Sequence record: NC_054924.1 | Direction: 5' to 3' (one strand) | DNA length: 64,000 bases | Source: Escherichia phage vB_EcoM_Lutter | Shown: in pieces, positions 15,230-26,032 of the stretch | Numbering within the stretch: position 1 is the first letter of the stretch | How the letters are laid out: each line of letters opens with the position of its first letter | The notes under the pieces: generated by a model | The model's database searches: none | What the model saw: the letters and a program-made list of their open reading frames with translations, nothing else | Told to the model about the DNA's origin: nothing | Translations under genes and position numbers: made by a program

Positions 15230-15910
15230 TTATTTTAATGTTACGAAAGAAGAATTGCGTGTTTCACGAATTAAAACTGATCCGTCACGGTTAATGTAAT
15301 AAATTAAGCTAAATAAAGTTTGGTGTGCTGACGCATGCTCAAAACTTGTTGGGTGAGATTTCCAATCCGGAGTTTCAGCTATCCATTGATAAATCCACCA
15401 AGGAACAGTGCAGAATCCTGGATTTTTTCCAATCAGCTGAAGATTCGGACTAAAGTTTTCCGGAAGAGTAAATACAGACGGCTTTTCAGATTCAATAATC
15501 TCAGCTACAGCCTGCTCGAATTTTTCTTCAACAAAAGGAGTATCTTCAATCAAAACATCGGTATTTTCAGGAATTTTATCCGTTTCTACTACTTCAATTT
15601 TAATGTCAGATTTAACCGGAGAATCAATCAGAAGTGCTGCTTCTGGATTGACTTCTTCATCGTCATATTTTAACCCCTCTGCAGCATCAGCAGCATCAAT
15701 TAAGTCTTTAATAGATAACCCATCAGTCTCTGGCATAGGTTCACTAGCGAGCTTCTGGAGGGCTTCTTCAATATCAACAACGATATTATCAAAAGATTTA
15801 TTCTTTTTGACTTTTATACCAAACTGTTCAGCATATTCAGCTAATTTAGCTTTAGCTTCTTTATTATCATCAAGAGCCTTCAGCTCTGCAATATAATCTT
15901 TATCTATCAT
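15230..15910 (-). CDS. inh: Inh, inhibitor of prohead protease
   Basis: 226 aa ORF immediately upstream of hoc, as in T4. Confidence 0.8.
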   Translation of the reverse strand: MIDKDYIAELKALDDNKEAKAKLAEYAEQFGIKVKKNKSFDNIVVDIEEALQKLASEPMPETDGLSIKDLIDAADAAEGLKYDDEEVNPEAALLIDSPVKSDIKIEVVETDKIPENTDVLIEDTPFVEEKFEQAVAEIIESEKPSVFTLPENFSPNLQLIGKNPGFCTVPWWIYQWIAETPDWKSHPTSFEHASAHQTLFSLIYYINRDGSVLIRETRNSSFVTLK

Positions 15911-15923
15911 AATATTTCCTCAG

Positions 15924-15931
15924 TATAAATA
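15924..15931 (+). promoter_or_regulatory. Late promoter TATAAATA upstream of uvsW
   Basis: Exact TATAAATA 30 nt upstream of the uvsW ATG. Confidence 0.55.
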
Positions 15932-15960
15932 TAGATATATTTATTACATGGTATTTAGAC

Positions 15961-17472
15961 ATGACTGACATTAAAGTACATTTTTATGATTTTAGTCACG
16001 TGAGAATTGATTGTGAAGAAAGCACATTTCATGAACTCCGTGATTTCTTTAGCTTTGAAGCTGATGGGTATCGTTTTAATCCGAAGTACAAATATGGTCA
16101 CTGGGATGGACGAATCCGTCTTTTAGATTATAATCGTCTTCTTCCATTCGGTTTAGTCGGGCAAATTAAAAAGTTCTGTGATAACTTTGGCTATAAAGCC
16201 TGGATTGACCCACAGATTAACGAAAAAGAAGAATTATCAAGAAAAGATTTTGATGAATGGCTTTCTAAATTAGAAATCTATTCAGGAAATAAAAGAATTG
16301 AACCACACTGGTATCAAAAAGATGCAGTGTTCGAAGGATTAGTTAATCGTCGTAGAATTCTTAATCTTCCAACATCCGCTGGTAAATCGTTAATTCAAGC
16401 TCTGCTTGCTCGGTATTATTTGGAAAATTATGAAGGTAAAATTCTTATCATTGTTCCAACAACTGCTCTAACAACTCAGATGGCTGATGACTTCGTTGAC
16501 TATCGTTTATTCAGTCATGCAATGATAAAGAAAATTGGTGGCGGAGCATCAAAAGATGATAAATATAAAAATGATGCACCAGTCGTTGTTGGTACATGGC
16601 AAACTGTAGTAAAACAACCGAAAGAATGGTTCTCACAGTTTGGAATGATGATGAATGATGAATGCCATCTTGCTACAGGAAAAAGTATTTCATCTATCAT
16701 ATCAGGTTTAAATAACTGTATGTTTAAATTTGGTTTGTCTGGTTCATTACGTGACGGCAAAGCCAATATCATGCAGTATGTTGGAATGTTTGGTGAAATA
16801 TTTAAGCCAGTAACGACCTCTAAATTAATGGAAGATGGACAAGTAACTGAGTTAAAAATTAATAGTATTTTTCTTCGCTATCCCGATGAGTTCACTACTA
16901 AATTAAAGGGAAAAACTTACCAAGAAGAAATAAAAATTATTACTGGGCTCAGTAAAAGAAATAAATGGATCGCTAAATTAGCTATTAAGCTTGCACAAAA
17001 AGATGAAAACGCTTTTGTCATGTTTAAACATGTATCGCATGGTAAAGCTATTTTCGATTTAATTAAAAATGAATACGATAAAGTTTATTACGTATCAGGG
17101 GAAGTTGATACCGAAACCCGCAATATAATGAAAACCTTAGCTGAAAATGGTAAAGGAATAATTATAGTAGCTAGTTATGGTGTATTTTCTACTGGTATTT
17201 CAGTTAAAAATCTACATCACGTTGTTTTAGCGCACGGTGTTAAATCAAAAATCATTGTATTACAAACAATCGGTCGTGTATTACGTAAGCATGGTTCTAA
17301 GACAATAGCAACAGTCTGGGATCTTATAGATGACGCGGGCGTTAAGCCAAAATCTGCTAATACGAAAAAGAAATATGTTCATTTGAACTATCTTTTAAAA
17401 CACGGCATTGATCGTATTCAGCGCTACGCAGATGAAAAATTTAATTACGTAATGAAAACAGTTAATTTATAA
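15961..17472 (+). CDS. uvsW: UvsW DNA/RNA-DNA helicase (SF2)
   Basis: 503 aa; Walker A TSAGKS and DECH box; sequence recognised as T4 UvsW. Confidence 0.93.
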   Translation: MTDIKVHFYDFSHVRIDCEESTFHELRDFFSFEADGYRFNPKYKYGHWDGRIRLLDYNRLLPFGLVGQIKKFCDNFGYKAWIDPQINEKEELSRKDFDEWLSKLEIYSGNKRIEPHWYQKDAVFEGLVNRRRILNLPTSAGKSLIQALLARYYLENYEGKILIIVPTTALTTQMADDFVDYRLFSHAMIKKIGGGASKDDKYKNDAPVVVGTWQTVVKQPKEWFSQFGMMMNDECHLATGKSISSIISGLNNCMFKFGLSGSLRDGKANIMQYVGMFGEIFKPVTTSKLMEDGQVTELKINSIFLRYPDEFTTKLKGKTYQEEIKIITGLSKRNKWIAKLAIKLAQKDENAFVMFKHVSHGKAIFDLIKNEYDKVYYVSGEVDTETRNIMKTLAENGKGIIIVASYGVFSTGISVKNLHHVVLAHGVKSKIIVLQTIGRVLRKHGSKTIATVWDLIDDAGVKPKSANTKKKYVHLNYLLKHGIDRIQRYADEKFNYVMKTVNL

Positions 17473-17497
17473 GGGCTTCGGCCCTTTGGAGAAAAAG

Positions 17498-17728
17498 ATG
17501 TTACTAGGATTTAAACAATTTCTTTATGAAGCTTCTATTGATGAATTTATGGGTAAAATTGCCTCTTGTCAAACATTAGAAGGTTTAGAAGAACTTGAAG
17601 CTTATTATAAGAAAAGAGTCAAAGAAACTGAATTAAAAGATACTGATGACATCTCTGTAAGAGATGCTTTGGCAGGAAAAAGAGCTGAATTAGAAGATTC
17701 AGACGATGAAGTAGAAGAAAGCTTTTAA
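17498..17728 (+). CDS. uvsW.1: UvsW.1 small acidic protein
   Basis: ATG at 17498 (ORF-track start 17486 is TTG); 76 aa from this ATG. Confidence 0.7.
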   Translation: MLLGFKQFLYEASIDEFMGKIASCQTLEGLEELEAYYKKRVKETELKDTDDISVRDALAGKRAELEDSDDEVEESF

Positions 17729-17783
17729 ATTAAAAAAGGCCCAACCAAAAAGGAAGGGCCAAAACTATAGACTAAAGGTCACA

Positions 17784-17951
17784 CTATAGCAAAAGTTGTG
17801 TTTCATTTAATTGTTCTTCCGAACTTTCTGAAACTGGTAGTTCTTTAATGTAATTATAGCAAGGCCCAGGATGTACAGGACCTTTGTCTGTTTCAACAAC
17901 CAATGCAGAATCGATTGGAGTTTTACAGACAACACAAATCTTATCTGACAT
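17784..17951 (-). CDS. Small CxxC protein (55 aa, uvsY.-1-like position), below the ORF-track length cutoff
   Basis: ATG at 17951 preceded by GAGGAG; translation MSDKICVVCKTPIDS...PGPCYNY, stop TAG at 17784. Confidence 0.45.
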   Translation of the reverse strand: MSDKICVVCKTPIDSALVVETDKGPVHPGPCYNYIKELPVSESSEEQLNETQLLL

Positions 17952-17979
17952 GATTGTCTCCTCTGAATTATATATCTAT

Positions 17980-18204
17980 TTATACAACTCTCATATGCAT
18001 ATCAATGCCCATATCTTTAGAATAAAAATATTCATCAAGATATCCGGCAAATTTTCCTTTAATATAAAGGACATCTTCACCACACGGGTGGTCGGCCAGG
18101 ATACGAATATCCTGACGCTTAAGATTATGCTTTTTCATTAAGAATTGAATTTCCGTTTCAAATTCTTCTTCATAATTAAAAGCATCATCAATGCTATATC
18201 TCAT
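17980..18204 (-). CDS. Hypothetical protein (uvsY.-2 position)
   Basis: 74 aa ORF; ATG overlaps uvsY stop (TAATG). Confidence 0.6.
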   Translation of the reverse strand: MRYSIDDAFNYEEEFETEIQFLMKKHNLKRQDIRILADHPCGEDVLYIKGKFAGYLDEYFYSKDMGIDMHMRVV

Positions 18205-18617
18205 TATTTTCCAGCCTCAAATGCTCGCATGTCTTGAATATGCTTAATAGCAAATCCGCGTGATTTAATAGCATCAAGAGCTCCGCTACAGAAATCCAAT
18301 AAAATTCCCCAATATTGCAATGAAGTATCAACCTTTAAAACATCCTTATCAGCTGATAGAACTGTCTTCATTTCTGATTTCTCGTAACGATCCATACTAA
18401 ATTCATCACCATCTCCTCGTCCCGAGTAGTAGTCTAATCTAGCTTTAAGAGCAACTTTTTTCTGTGCGTCAATTCTAAGCATTTCCTTTTTAATACTTGA
18501 ATGCTTATTAAGCCATTTACTATATAACATCACATTATTAGCTGCTTCATACTGTAATTTAGTCGAATCTATAAACACATCTTTCTTCAATTCTTCTTGA
18601 AGATCTTCTAATCTCAT
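18204..18617 (-). CDS. uvsY: UvsY recombination mediator protein
   Basis: 137 aa; sequence recognised as T4 UvsY. Confidence 0.9.
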   Translation of the reverse strand: MRLEDLQEELKKDVFIDSTKLQYEAANNVMLYSKWLNKHSSIKKEMLRIDAQKKVALKARLDYYSGRGDGDEFSMDRYEKSEMKTVLSADKDVLKVDTSLQYWGILLDFCSGALDAIKSRGFAIKHIQDMRAFEAGK

Positions 18618-18657
18618 ATTGTTCTCTATTCAATTGTTATTGGATGGACTTAGATTC

Positions 18658-18685
18658 ATTATACCACGTTTTAACGTGAAGCATT
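18658..18685 (-). promoter_or_regulatory. MotA-dependent middle promoter upstream of uvsY (ori(uvsY)-type)
   Basis: Minus strand reads aaTGCTTCA (MotA box), 13 nt spacer, TATAAT; lies 40-70 nt upstream of the uvsY ATG and overlaps the 3' end of gene 25. Confidence 0.6.
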
Positions 18686-19082
18686 ATACCCTATTACTCG
18701 AAGCCAGTTGCAGTTTTATCTGCTCAATATCATCAGGGTTATCGATGACCGAAAAGCGTATTTCTACTATCAGAGTATAATCATCATAAACTGGTATCAC
18801 ATTAACTGATAATTTATCAATACGTGGCTCATAGTTTCTTACTGCGCTTTCAATATTGCGCTCAACTGTGTCAGCAGTAAGAGGAGTCATATTTTCAAAA
18901 AGCTGGTCTGATAAATCACATCCAAATTCAGGGTCAAACGGTCTTGAACCTTTTCTTGTTGTAATAATTCCCAAAAGACTGTTTTTAATTGACCTTAATC
19001 CAAGTGATCTGGAAACATCTTTGTTCCAATCCATTTTCATTTCCGGGTCAATATCAGAATAAAGCTTATTAATATTTGCCAT
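18684..19082 (-). CDS. 25: Baseplate wedge protein gp25
   Basis: 132 aa; sequence [19 protein letters not shown]... recognised as T4 gp25. Confidence 0.92.
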   Translation of the reverse strand: MANINKLYSDIDPEMKMDWNKDVSRSLGLRSIKNSLLGIITTRKGSRPFDPEFGCDLSDQLFENMTPLTADTVERNIESAVRNYEPRIDKLSVNVIPVYDDYTLIVEIRFSVIDNPDDIEQIKLQLASSNRV

Positions 19083-19708
19083 TATAGTAACTCAAAGAAC
19101 TCTTTGAGGCCTCTTATTACGTGAGCATGGGTTTTTCCACACTCTGGACACTTAATTGGAACAGCCAAATAAACGGTAGGTTTTAAAAGCATATCTTTTA
19201 TAGCTACAATATCTGACTCTGTGATGATAGAATATAAATCTTCTAGTTCCTTTTCATTTAAGTCTTCAACTGGAATGCTTTCCCCGTTAGCATGAATCGT
19301 TTCTATGCATGATACTATCATGTGGGCTATATTTTTATCATCAAAAATTTTAGGGTATCGGAATTTAATTTTAATGTCACCCAGTGTATACCAGAGGTCT
19401 TCTGATGCATCTATTTGTGTATGTAATAGATTTATATGGGTTGGTATTTCAGTTCCACAGGTGCACTTCCAGGAGTTTTCGTGATTAACTTCGCCGAGAG
19501 AATGTGCCCATAAATGAATCAGCAGTAGTTCTGATTCTTGGCGGTTTAAATCTTTTGCATTTGTGCAGTCTTTGATTAGCTTTTTAACAATTACTTCTAC
19601 GGAACCATTATTTTTGGCAGTAATAAGTTCTAGATATTCTTTAAGCGTGAATGCGCGACAATTGATTATTTTAGAACCAACTCTCACATCAAATTTGTAT
19701 TCATACAT
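19082..19708 (-). CDS. 26: Baseplate hub protein gp26
   Basis: 208 aa, position upstream of 25 as in T4. Confidence 0.85.
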   Translation of the reverse strand: MYEYKFDVRVGSKIINCRAFTLKEYLELITAKNNGSVEVIVKKLIKDCTNAKDLNRQESELLLIHLWAHSLGEVNHENSWKCTCGTEIPTHINLLHTQIDASEDLWYTLGDIKIKFRYPKIFDDKNIAHMIVSCIETIHANGESIPVEDLNEKELEDLYSIITESDIVAIKDMLLKPTVYLAVPIKCPECGKTHAHVIRGLKEFFELL

Positions 19709-19729
19709 ATTTAGCTCCTTTATTTATCA

Positions 19730-19737
19730 TATTTATA
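19730..19737 (-). promoter_or_regulatory. Late promoter TATAAATA (minus strand) for genes 26/25
   Basis: Plus strand TATTTATA is the reverse complement of TATAAATA; 22 nt upstream of the gene 26 ATG. Confidence 0.5.
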
Positions 19738-19741
19738 AATA
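19734..19741 (+). promoter_or_regulatory. Late promoter TATAAATA (plus strand) for gene 51
   Basis: Exact TATAAATA overlapping the divergent minus-strand late promoter by 4 nt. Confidence 0.5.
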
Positions 19742-19758
19742 GAATAAAAGGAGCATCT

Positions 19759-20508
19759 ATGGCAAACATTATTCGTTGTAAATTACCAGATGGTGTTCAT
19801 CGTTTTAAACCATTTACGGTAGAAGATTATCGAGATTTTTTGTTAGTTCGAAACGATATAGAACATCGGTCACCACAAGAACAAAAAGAAATAATTACTG
19901 ATTTAATTGATGATTATTTTGGAGACTATCCGAAGACTTGGCAACCATTTATATTTTTGCAGGTATTTGTAGGGTCAATAGGTAAAACAAAAGTACCAGT
20001 CACATTTGTATGTCCAAAATGTAAAAAAGAAAAGACAGTTCCATTTGAAATATATCAAAAAGAATTAAAGGAACCTGTTTTTGATGTAGCTAATGTTAAA
20101 ATTAAATTAAAGTTTCCTTCTGAGTTTTATGAAAATAAAGCAAAGATGATTACTGAAAATATTCATTCTGTTCAAGTAGATGAAATATGGTATGATTGGA
20201 AGGAAATTAGTGAATCAAGCCAAATAGAACTTGTTGACGCCATCGAGATAGAAACATTAGAAAAAATTCTCGATGCAATGAATCCTATTAATTTAACTCT
20301 ACATATGTCATGCTGTAATAAGTACATTAAAAAATACACTGATATAGTAGATGTGTTTAAGCTATTAGTTAACCCAGATGAAATATTTACTTTTTATCAA
20401 ATTAATCACACACTCGTAAAAAGTAATTATAGCTTAAATTCAATAATGAAAATGATTCCTGCCGAGCGCGGATTCGTATTAAAACTGATTGAGAAGGATA
20501 AACAATAA
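19759..20508 (+). CDS. 51: Baseplate hub assembly catalyst gp51
   Basis: 249 aa ORF with Cys-rich CPKCKK...CC motifs; position as in T4. Confidence 0.85.
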   Translation: MANIIRCKLPDGVHRFKPFTVEDYRDFLLVRNDIEHRSPQEQKEIITDLIDDYFGDYPKTWQPFIFLQVFVGSIGKTKVPVTFVCPKCKKEKTVPFEIYQKELKEPVFDVANVKIKLKFPSEFYENKAKMITENIHSVQVDEIWYDWKEISESSQIELVDAIEIETLEKILDAMNPINLTLHMSCCNKYIKKYTDIVDVFKLLVNPDEIFTFYQINHTLVKSNYSLNSIMKMIPAERGFVLKLIEKDKQ

Positions 20509-21683
20509 TGAGTATGTTGCAACGCCCCGGATATCCAAATCTCAGCGTTAAATTATTTGATAGCTACGACGCTTGGAGTAATAATAGATTTGTTGAATTA
20601 GCTGCTACTATTACCACATTAACTATGCGGGATTCTCTTTATGGCCGAAATGAAGGGATGCTGCAGTTTTATGATTCTAAAAATATCCATACAAAAATGG
20701 ATGGAAATGAAATAATTCAGATTTCTGTAGCTAATGCAAACGATATTAATAATGTTAAAACACGAATTTATGGATGTAAGCATTTTTCCGTGTCAGTAGA
20801 TTCAAAAGGTGATAACATCATTGCTATTGAATTGGGAACTATTCATTCTATAGAAAATCTTAAATTTGGTAGACCATTTTTCCCTGATGCAGGTGAATCT
20901 ATAAAAGAAATGCTTGGCGTCATTTATCAGGATCGCACATTATTAACTCCAGCAATAAATGCTATAAATGCTTATGTTCCTGATATTCCATGGACTAGCA
21001 CATTTGAAAACTATTTGTCATATGTAAGAGAAGTTGCTCTAGCTGTAGGAAGCGACAAATTTGTATTTGTGTGGCAAGACATCATGGGAGTTAACATGAT
21101 GGACTATGATATGATGATAAATCAAGAACCATATCCAATGATTGTCGGTGAGCCATCTTTAATAGGTCAATTCATCCAAGAATTAAAATATCCATTAGCA
21201 TATGATTTCGTTTGGTTGACTAAATCGAATCCTCACAAACGTGACCCAATGAAAAATGCTACTATCTATGCTCATTCATTTTTAGATTCTTCATTGCCAA
21301 TGATTACTACAGGAAAGGGTGAAAACTCTATTGTAGTGTCAAGGTCAGGTGCTTATTCTGAAATGACTTATAGGAATGGATATGAAGAAGCTATTCGTCT
21401 TCAAACTATGGCACAATATGACGGTTATGCTAAATGTTCTACTGTCGGTAATTTTAACTTGACTCCTGGTGTTAAAATTATTTTTAATGATAGTAAAAAT
21501 CAATTTAAAACCGAATTTTACGTTGATGAAGTTATCCACGAATTATCAAATAATAATTCCGTAACTCATCTATATATGTTCACTAATGCAACGAAACTGG
21601 AAACAATAGACCCAGTTAAGGTTAAAAATGAATTTAAATCTGATACTACCACTGAAGAAAGTAGTTCTTCCAATAAGCAATAA
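20508..21683 (+). CDS. 27: Baseplate hub subunit gp27
   Basis: 391 aa; ATG overlaps gene 51 stop; position as in T4. Confidence 0.92.
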   Translation: MSMLQRPGYPNLSVKLFDSYDAWSNNRFVELAATITTLTMRDSLYGRNEGMLQFYDSKNIHTKMDGNEIIQISVANANDINNVKTRIYGCKHFSVSVDSKGDNIIAIELGTIHSIENLKFGRPFFPDAGESIKEMLGVIYQDRTLLTPAINAINAYVPDIPWTSTFENYLSYVREVALAVGSDKFVFVWQDIMGVNMMDYDMMINQEPYPMIVGEPSLIGQFIQELKYPLAYDFVWLTKSNPHKRDPMKNATIYAHSFLDSSLPMITTGKGENSIVVSRSGAYSEMTYRNGYEEAIRLQTMAQYDGYAKCSTVGNFNLTPGVKIIFNDSKNQFKTEFYVDEVIHELSNNNSVTHLYMFTNATKLETIDPVKVKNEFKSDTTTEESSSSNKQ

Positions 21684-22161
21684 AGAAGTTTCTATTCCTA
21701 AAATGGGTCTTAAACATTATAACATTTTAAAGGATGTTAAAGGTCCTGATGAAAATTTAAAACTTCTTATTGATTCTATTTGTCCGAATTTATCACCGGC
21801 AGAAGTTGATTTCGTTTCTATTCATTTATTGGAATTTAATGGAAAGATTAAATCTCGTAAAGAAATAGATGGCTATACTTATGACATTAATGATGTCTAT
21901 GTATGCCAAAGATTAGAATTTCAATACCAAGGAAATACATTTTATTTTAGACCTCCTGGAAAATTTGAACAATTTTTAACGGTGAGCGATATGTTATCTA
22001 AATGCTTGCTTAAGGTCAATGATGAAGTTAAAGAAATTAATTTTCTTGAGATGCCAGCATTCGTTTTAAAATGGGCAAATGATATTTTTACAACTTTAGC
22101 AATTCCTGGCCCTAATGGTCCAATAACTGGAATTGGCAATATTATTGGATTATTTGAATGA
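21628..22161 (+). CDS. 28: Baseplate hub distal subunit gp28
   Basis: 177 aa, overlaps 3' end of gene 27 in another frame, as in T4. Confidence 0.85.
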   Translation: MNLNLILPLKKVVLPISNKEVSIPKMGLKHYNILKDVKGPDENLKLLIDSICPNLSPAEVDFVSIHLLEFNGKIKSRKEIDGYTYDINDVYVCQRLEFQYQGNTFYFRPPGKFEQFLTVSDMLSKCLLKVNDEVKEINFLEMPAFVLKWANDIFTTLAIPGPNGPITGIGNIIGLFE

Positions 22162-23930
22162 AAAAGCCACAAGAAATGCAAACGATGCGTAGAAAAGTTA
22201 TTTCAGATAATAAACCAACACAGGAAGCGGCTAAATCCGCTTCTAATACTTTATCTGGACTTAATGATATATCTACGAAATTGGATGATGCTCAAGCTGC
22301 CTCTGAATTAATAGCTCAAACTGTCGAAGAAAAATCGAATGAAATAATTGGAGCAATTGATAACGTAGAAAGCGCAGTGAGTGATACTACTGCTGGTTCT
22401 GAGTTAATTGCTGAAACTGTCGAAATTGGCAACAATATTAATAAAGAAATCGGTGAATCACTCGGAAGCAAATTAGATAAATTAACAAGTTTACTAGAGC
22501 AAAAAATTCAGACAGCTGGAATTCAACAGACGGGAACTAGTTTAGCCACGGTTGAAAGCGCTATTCCTGTTAAAGTCGTTGAGGATGATACTGCCGAATC
22601 TGTGGGTCCTTTATTACCAGCTCCCGAAGCAGTTAATAATGATCCTGACGCTGATTTTTTCCCTACCCCTCAACCAGTTGAACCCAAACAAGAATCACCA
22701 GAAGAAAAACAGAAAAAAGAAGCATTTAACTTAAAATTATCTCAAGCTTTAGATAAATTAACAAAGACAGTTGATTTTGGATTTAAGAAATCCATTTCAA
22801 TTACTGATAAAATATCAAGCATGCTATTTAAGTACACCGTCAGTGCTGCTATTGAAGCTGCTAAAATGACTGCAATGATATTGGCTGTTGTTGTTGGAAT
22901 AGACCTTTTGATGGTTCACTTTAAATATTGGTCAGATAAATTTTCGCAGGCTTGGGATTTGTTTAGTACAGACTTTACTAAATTCTCTAGCGAAACCGGA
23001 ACATGGGGTCCTTTATTACAGAGCATCTTTAGTTCTATTGATGAAATTAAAAAGTTCTGGGAAGCGGGAGATTGGGGTGGATTAACAGTAGCTATTGTTG
23101 AAGGGCTTGGAAAGGTTCTTTTTAATTTAGGTGAACTTATTCAGCTTGGAATGGCTAAATTATCTGCTGCAATTCTTCGAGTCATTCCTGGCATGAAGGA
23201 TACTGCTGATGAAGTAGAAGGAAGAGCACTAGAAAATTTCCAAAATTCTACTGGAGCATCTCTCAATAAAGAAGACCAGGAAAAAGTTGCAAATTATCAA
23301 GATAAACGAATGAATGGAGACCTTGGTCCGATAGCAAAAGGATTAGATAAAATTGCTAATTGGAAAACTCGTGCATCTAATTGGATTCGTGGGGTTGATA
23401 ATAAAGAAGCACTGACTACCGACGAAGAACGTGCAGCAGAAGAAGAAAAATTAAAGCAACTTTCGCCTGAAGAAAGAAAAAATGCTTTAATGAAGGCTAA
23501 TGAAGCCCGTGCCGCAATGATTCGCTTTGAAAAATATGCTGATTCAGCTGATATGAGTAAAGACTCAACGGTTAAATCAGTTGAATCTGCCTATGAAGAC
23601 CTTAAAAAACGGATGGATGACCCGGATTTAAACAATTCACCGGCAGTTAAAAAAGAACTTGCTGCTAGATTTTCTAAAATTGATGCTACTTATCAAGAGC
23701 TCAAGAAAAATCAGCCTAATGCCAAACCTGAAACTTCTGCTAAATCGCCAGAAGCGAAACAGGTCCAGGTTATTGAAAAGAACAAAGCACAGCAAGCTCC
23801 TGTTCAGCAAGCATCTCCTTCAATCAATAATACTAATAATGTTATTAAGAAAAATACTGTCGTTCATAATATGACACCCGTAACGAGCACGACTGCTCCT
23901 GGTGTATTTGATGCGACTGGAGTTAATTAA
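22158..23930 (+). CDS. 29: Baseplate hub / tail length determinator gp29
   Basis: 590 aa, extended helical A/E/K-rich regions with one hydrophobic segment. Confidence 0.9.
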   Translation: MKKPQEMQTMRRKVISDNKPTQEAAKSASNTLSGLNDISTKLDDAQAASELIAQTVEEKSNEIIGAIDNVESAVSDTTAGSELIAETVEIGNNINKEIGESLGSKLDKLTSLLEQKIQTAGIQQTGTSLATVESAIPVKVVEDDTAESVGPLLPAPEAVNNDPDADFFPTPQPVEPKQESPEEKQKKEAFNLKLSQALDKLTKTVDFGFKKSISITDKISSMLFKYTVSAAIEAAKMTAMILAVVVGIDLLMVHFKYWSDKFSQAWDLFSTDFTKFSSETGTWGPLLQSIFSSIDEIKKFWEAGDWGGLTVAIVEGLGKVLFNLGELIQLGMAKLSAAILRVIPGMKDTADEVEGRALENFQNSTGASLNKEDQEKVANYQDKRMNGDLGPIAKGLDKIANWKTRASNWIRGVDNKEALTTDEERAAEEEKLKQLSPEERKNALMKANEARAAMIRFEKYADSADMSKDSTVKSVESAYEDLKKRMDDPDLNNSPAVKKELAARFSKIDATYQELKKNQPNAKPETSAKSPEAKQVQVIEKNKAQQAPVQQASPSINNTNNVIKKNTVVHNMTPVTSTTAPGVFDATGVN

Positions 23931-23938
23931 GGAATAAT

Positions 23939-25033
23939 ATGGCAATTGTTAAAGAAATAACTACTGATTTAATTAAAAAGTCCGGTGAGAAAATTTCAGC
24001 CGGACAGAGCACTAAATCAGAAGTAGTAACTAAAACATACACTGCCCAGTTTCCAACTGGGCGTGCTAGTGGTAATGACACTACAGGGGACTTCCAGGTA
24101 ACAGATCTATATAAGAATGGATTATTATTTACTGCATACAATATGTCATCTAGGGATTCTGGAAGTCTTAGATCGATGAGATCTAACTACTCTTCTTCAT
24201 CTTCGAGTATTTTAAGTACAGCTAGAAACACTATTAGTAGTACAGTATCAAAACTATCAAATGGATTAATATCAAATAATAATTCAGGAACAATAAGTAA
24301 AGCTCCTGTCGCAAACATTCTTTTACCGAGATCTAAATCTGATGTTGACACATCATCACATAGATTTAATGATGTTCAAGAAAGCCTTATCAGTAGAGGC
24401 GGAGGTACTGCTACTGGTGTGCTAAGTAATGTTGCTTCAACTGCAGTATTTGGGGCACTGGAAAGTATAACACAAGGTATAATGGCTGATAATAATGAAC
24501 AGATTTATACGACAGCCAGAAGTATGTATGGTGGTGCTGAAAATAGAACTAAAGTGTTTACATGGGATTTGACTCCACGTTCAACAGAAGATTTAATGGC
24601 TATTATTAATATCTATCAATATTTTAACTATTTTTCTTATGGTGAAACAGGTAAATCTCAATACGCTGCTGAAATAAAGGGGTATTTAGATGATTGGTAT
24701 CGTTCTACGTTAATTGAACCTTTATCTCCGGAAGACGCAGCTAAAAATAAAACACTATTTGAGAAAATGACAGCAAGTTTAACGAACGTTCTTGTAGTTT
24801 CAAACCCGACAGTTTGGATGGTGAAAAACTTTGGTGCAACATCTAAGTTTGATGGAAAAACGGAAATATTTGGTCCATGCCAAATACAGAGCATTAGATT
24901 TGATAAAACACCTAATGGTAACTTTAACGGATTAGCTATTGCTCCAAACCTCCCTAGTACATTTACTCTCGAGATTACTATGAGAGAAATTATCACGTTA
25001 AACCGTGCTTCTTTATATGCGGGGGCTTTTTAA
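23939..25033 (+). CDS. 48: Baseplate-tail tube junction protein gp48
   Basis: 364 aa; position as in T4. Confidence 0.9.
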   Translation: MAIVKEITTDLIKKSGEKISAGQSTKSEVVTKTYTAQFPTGRASGNDTTGDFQVTDLYKNGLLFTAYNMSSRDSGSLRSMRSNYSSSSSSILSTARNTISSTVSKLSNGLISNNNSGTISKAPVANILLPRSKSDVDTSSHRFNDVQESLISRGGGTATGVLSNVASTAVFGALESITQGIMADNNEQIYTTARSMYGGAENRTKVFTWDLTPRSTEDLMAIINIYQYFNYFSYGETGKSQYAAEIKGYLDDWYRSTLIEPLSPEDAAKNKTLFEKMTASLTNVLVVSNPTVWMVKNFGATSKFDGKTEIFGPCQIQSIRFDKTPNGNFNGLAIAPNLPSTFTLEITMREIITLNRASLYAGAF

Positions 25034-25998
25034 TGTATTCTTTAGAGGAATTTAATAATCAAGCAATAAACGCAGATTTCCAACGTAATAATATGTTTAG
25101 CTGCGTTTTTGCAACAACTCCATCAACTAAAAGCTCTTCGTTGATAAGTTCAATTAGCAACTTTTCTTATAATAACTTGGGCCTAAATTCAAATTGGTTA
25201 GGATTAACTCAAGGTGATATTAATCAGGGAATTACCACGCTAATTACAGCTGGCACACAAAAACTAATAAGAAAATCAGGAGTCAGTAAATATCTTATTG
25301 GTGCCATGAGTCAACGTACTGTCCAGAGTTTATTAGGCTCATTTACAGTCGGTACATATTTAATCGATTTCTTTAATATGGCGTATAATTCATCTGGATT
25401 GATGATATATTCTGTAAAAATGCCAGAGAATAGATTATCTTATGAAACTGACTGGAACTATAATTCTCCTAATATTCGTATAACTGGGAGAGAATTAGAC
25501 CCTTTGGTTATTTCATTTAGAATGGATTCAGAAGCTTGTAACTATCGTGCAATGCAAGACTGGGTTAACTCTGTTCAAGACCCAGTAACTGGACTACGTG
25601 CTTTGCCGCAAGATGTCGAGGCAGATATTCAGGTTAATCTTCATTCTCGTAATGGATTGCCTCATACTGCGGTGATGTTCACCGGATGCATTCCAATATC
25701 AGTGAGCGCTCCTGAGTTATCATATGATGGAGATAACCAAATAACTACATTTGACGTTACTTTTGCGTATAGAGTGATGCAGGCTGGAGCAGTTGATAGG
25801 CAAGCTGCGCTTGAATGGCTTGAATCTGCTGCTATAAATGGTATTCAAAGCGTTCTCGGAAATAGTGGAGGTGTTACTGGACTATCTAATTCGCTTTCAC
25901 GACTCAGTAGATTAGGGGGAACTGCAGGAAGCATTTCAAACATTAATACTATGACAGGAATTGTCAATTCGCAAAGTAAAATATTAGGAGCAATATAA
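25033..25998 (+). CDS. 54: Baseplate tail-tube initiator gp54
   Basis: 321 aa; ATG overlaps gene 48 stop. Confidence 0.9.
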   Translation: MYSLEEFNNQAINADFQRNNMFSCVFATTPSTKSSSLISSISNFSYNNLGLNSNWLGLTQGDINQGITTLITAGTQKLIRKSGVSKYLIGAMSQRTVQSLLGSFTVGTYLIDFFNMAYNSSGLMIYSVKMPENRLSYETDWNYNSPNIRITGRELDPLVISFRMDSEACNYRAMQDWVNSVQDPVTGLRALPQDVEADIQVNLHSRNGLPHTAVMFTGCIPISVSAPELSYDGDNQITTFDVTFAYRVMQAGAVDRQAALEWLESAAINGIQSVLGNSGGVTGLSNSLSRLSRLGGTAGSISNINTMTGIVNSQSKILGAI

Positions 25999-26002
25999 CA
26001 AC

Positions 26003-26032
26003 GGGGACCTTTCGGTCCCCATATTTTTATTT
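26003..26032. terminator. Bidirectional terminator after gene 54 and after minus-strand ORF 26027..26317
   Basis: GGGGACC-tttc-GGTCCCC hairpin followed by ATATTTTTATTT. Confidence 0.7.

Noticed and set aside
15335-15896. Two plus-strand ORFs (112 and 97 aa) overlapping inh
   Set aside because: Antisense to inh, low-complexity products, no SD.
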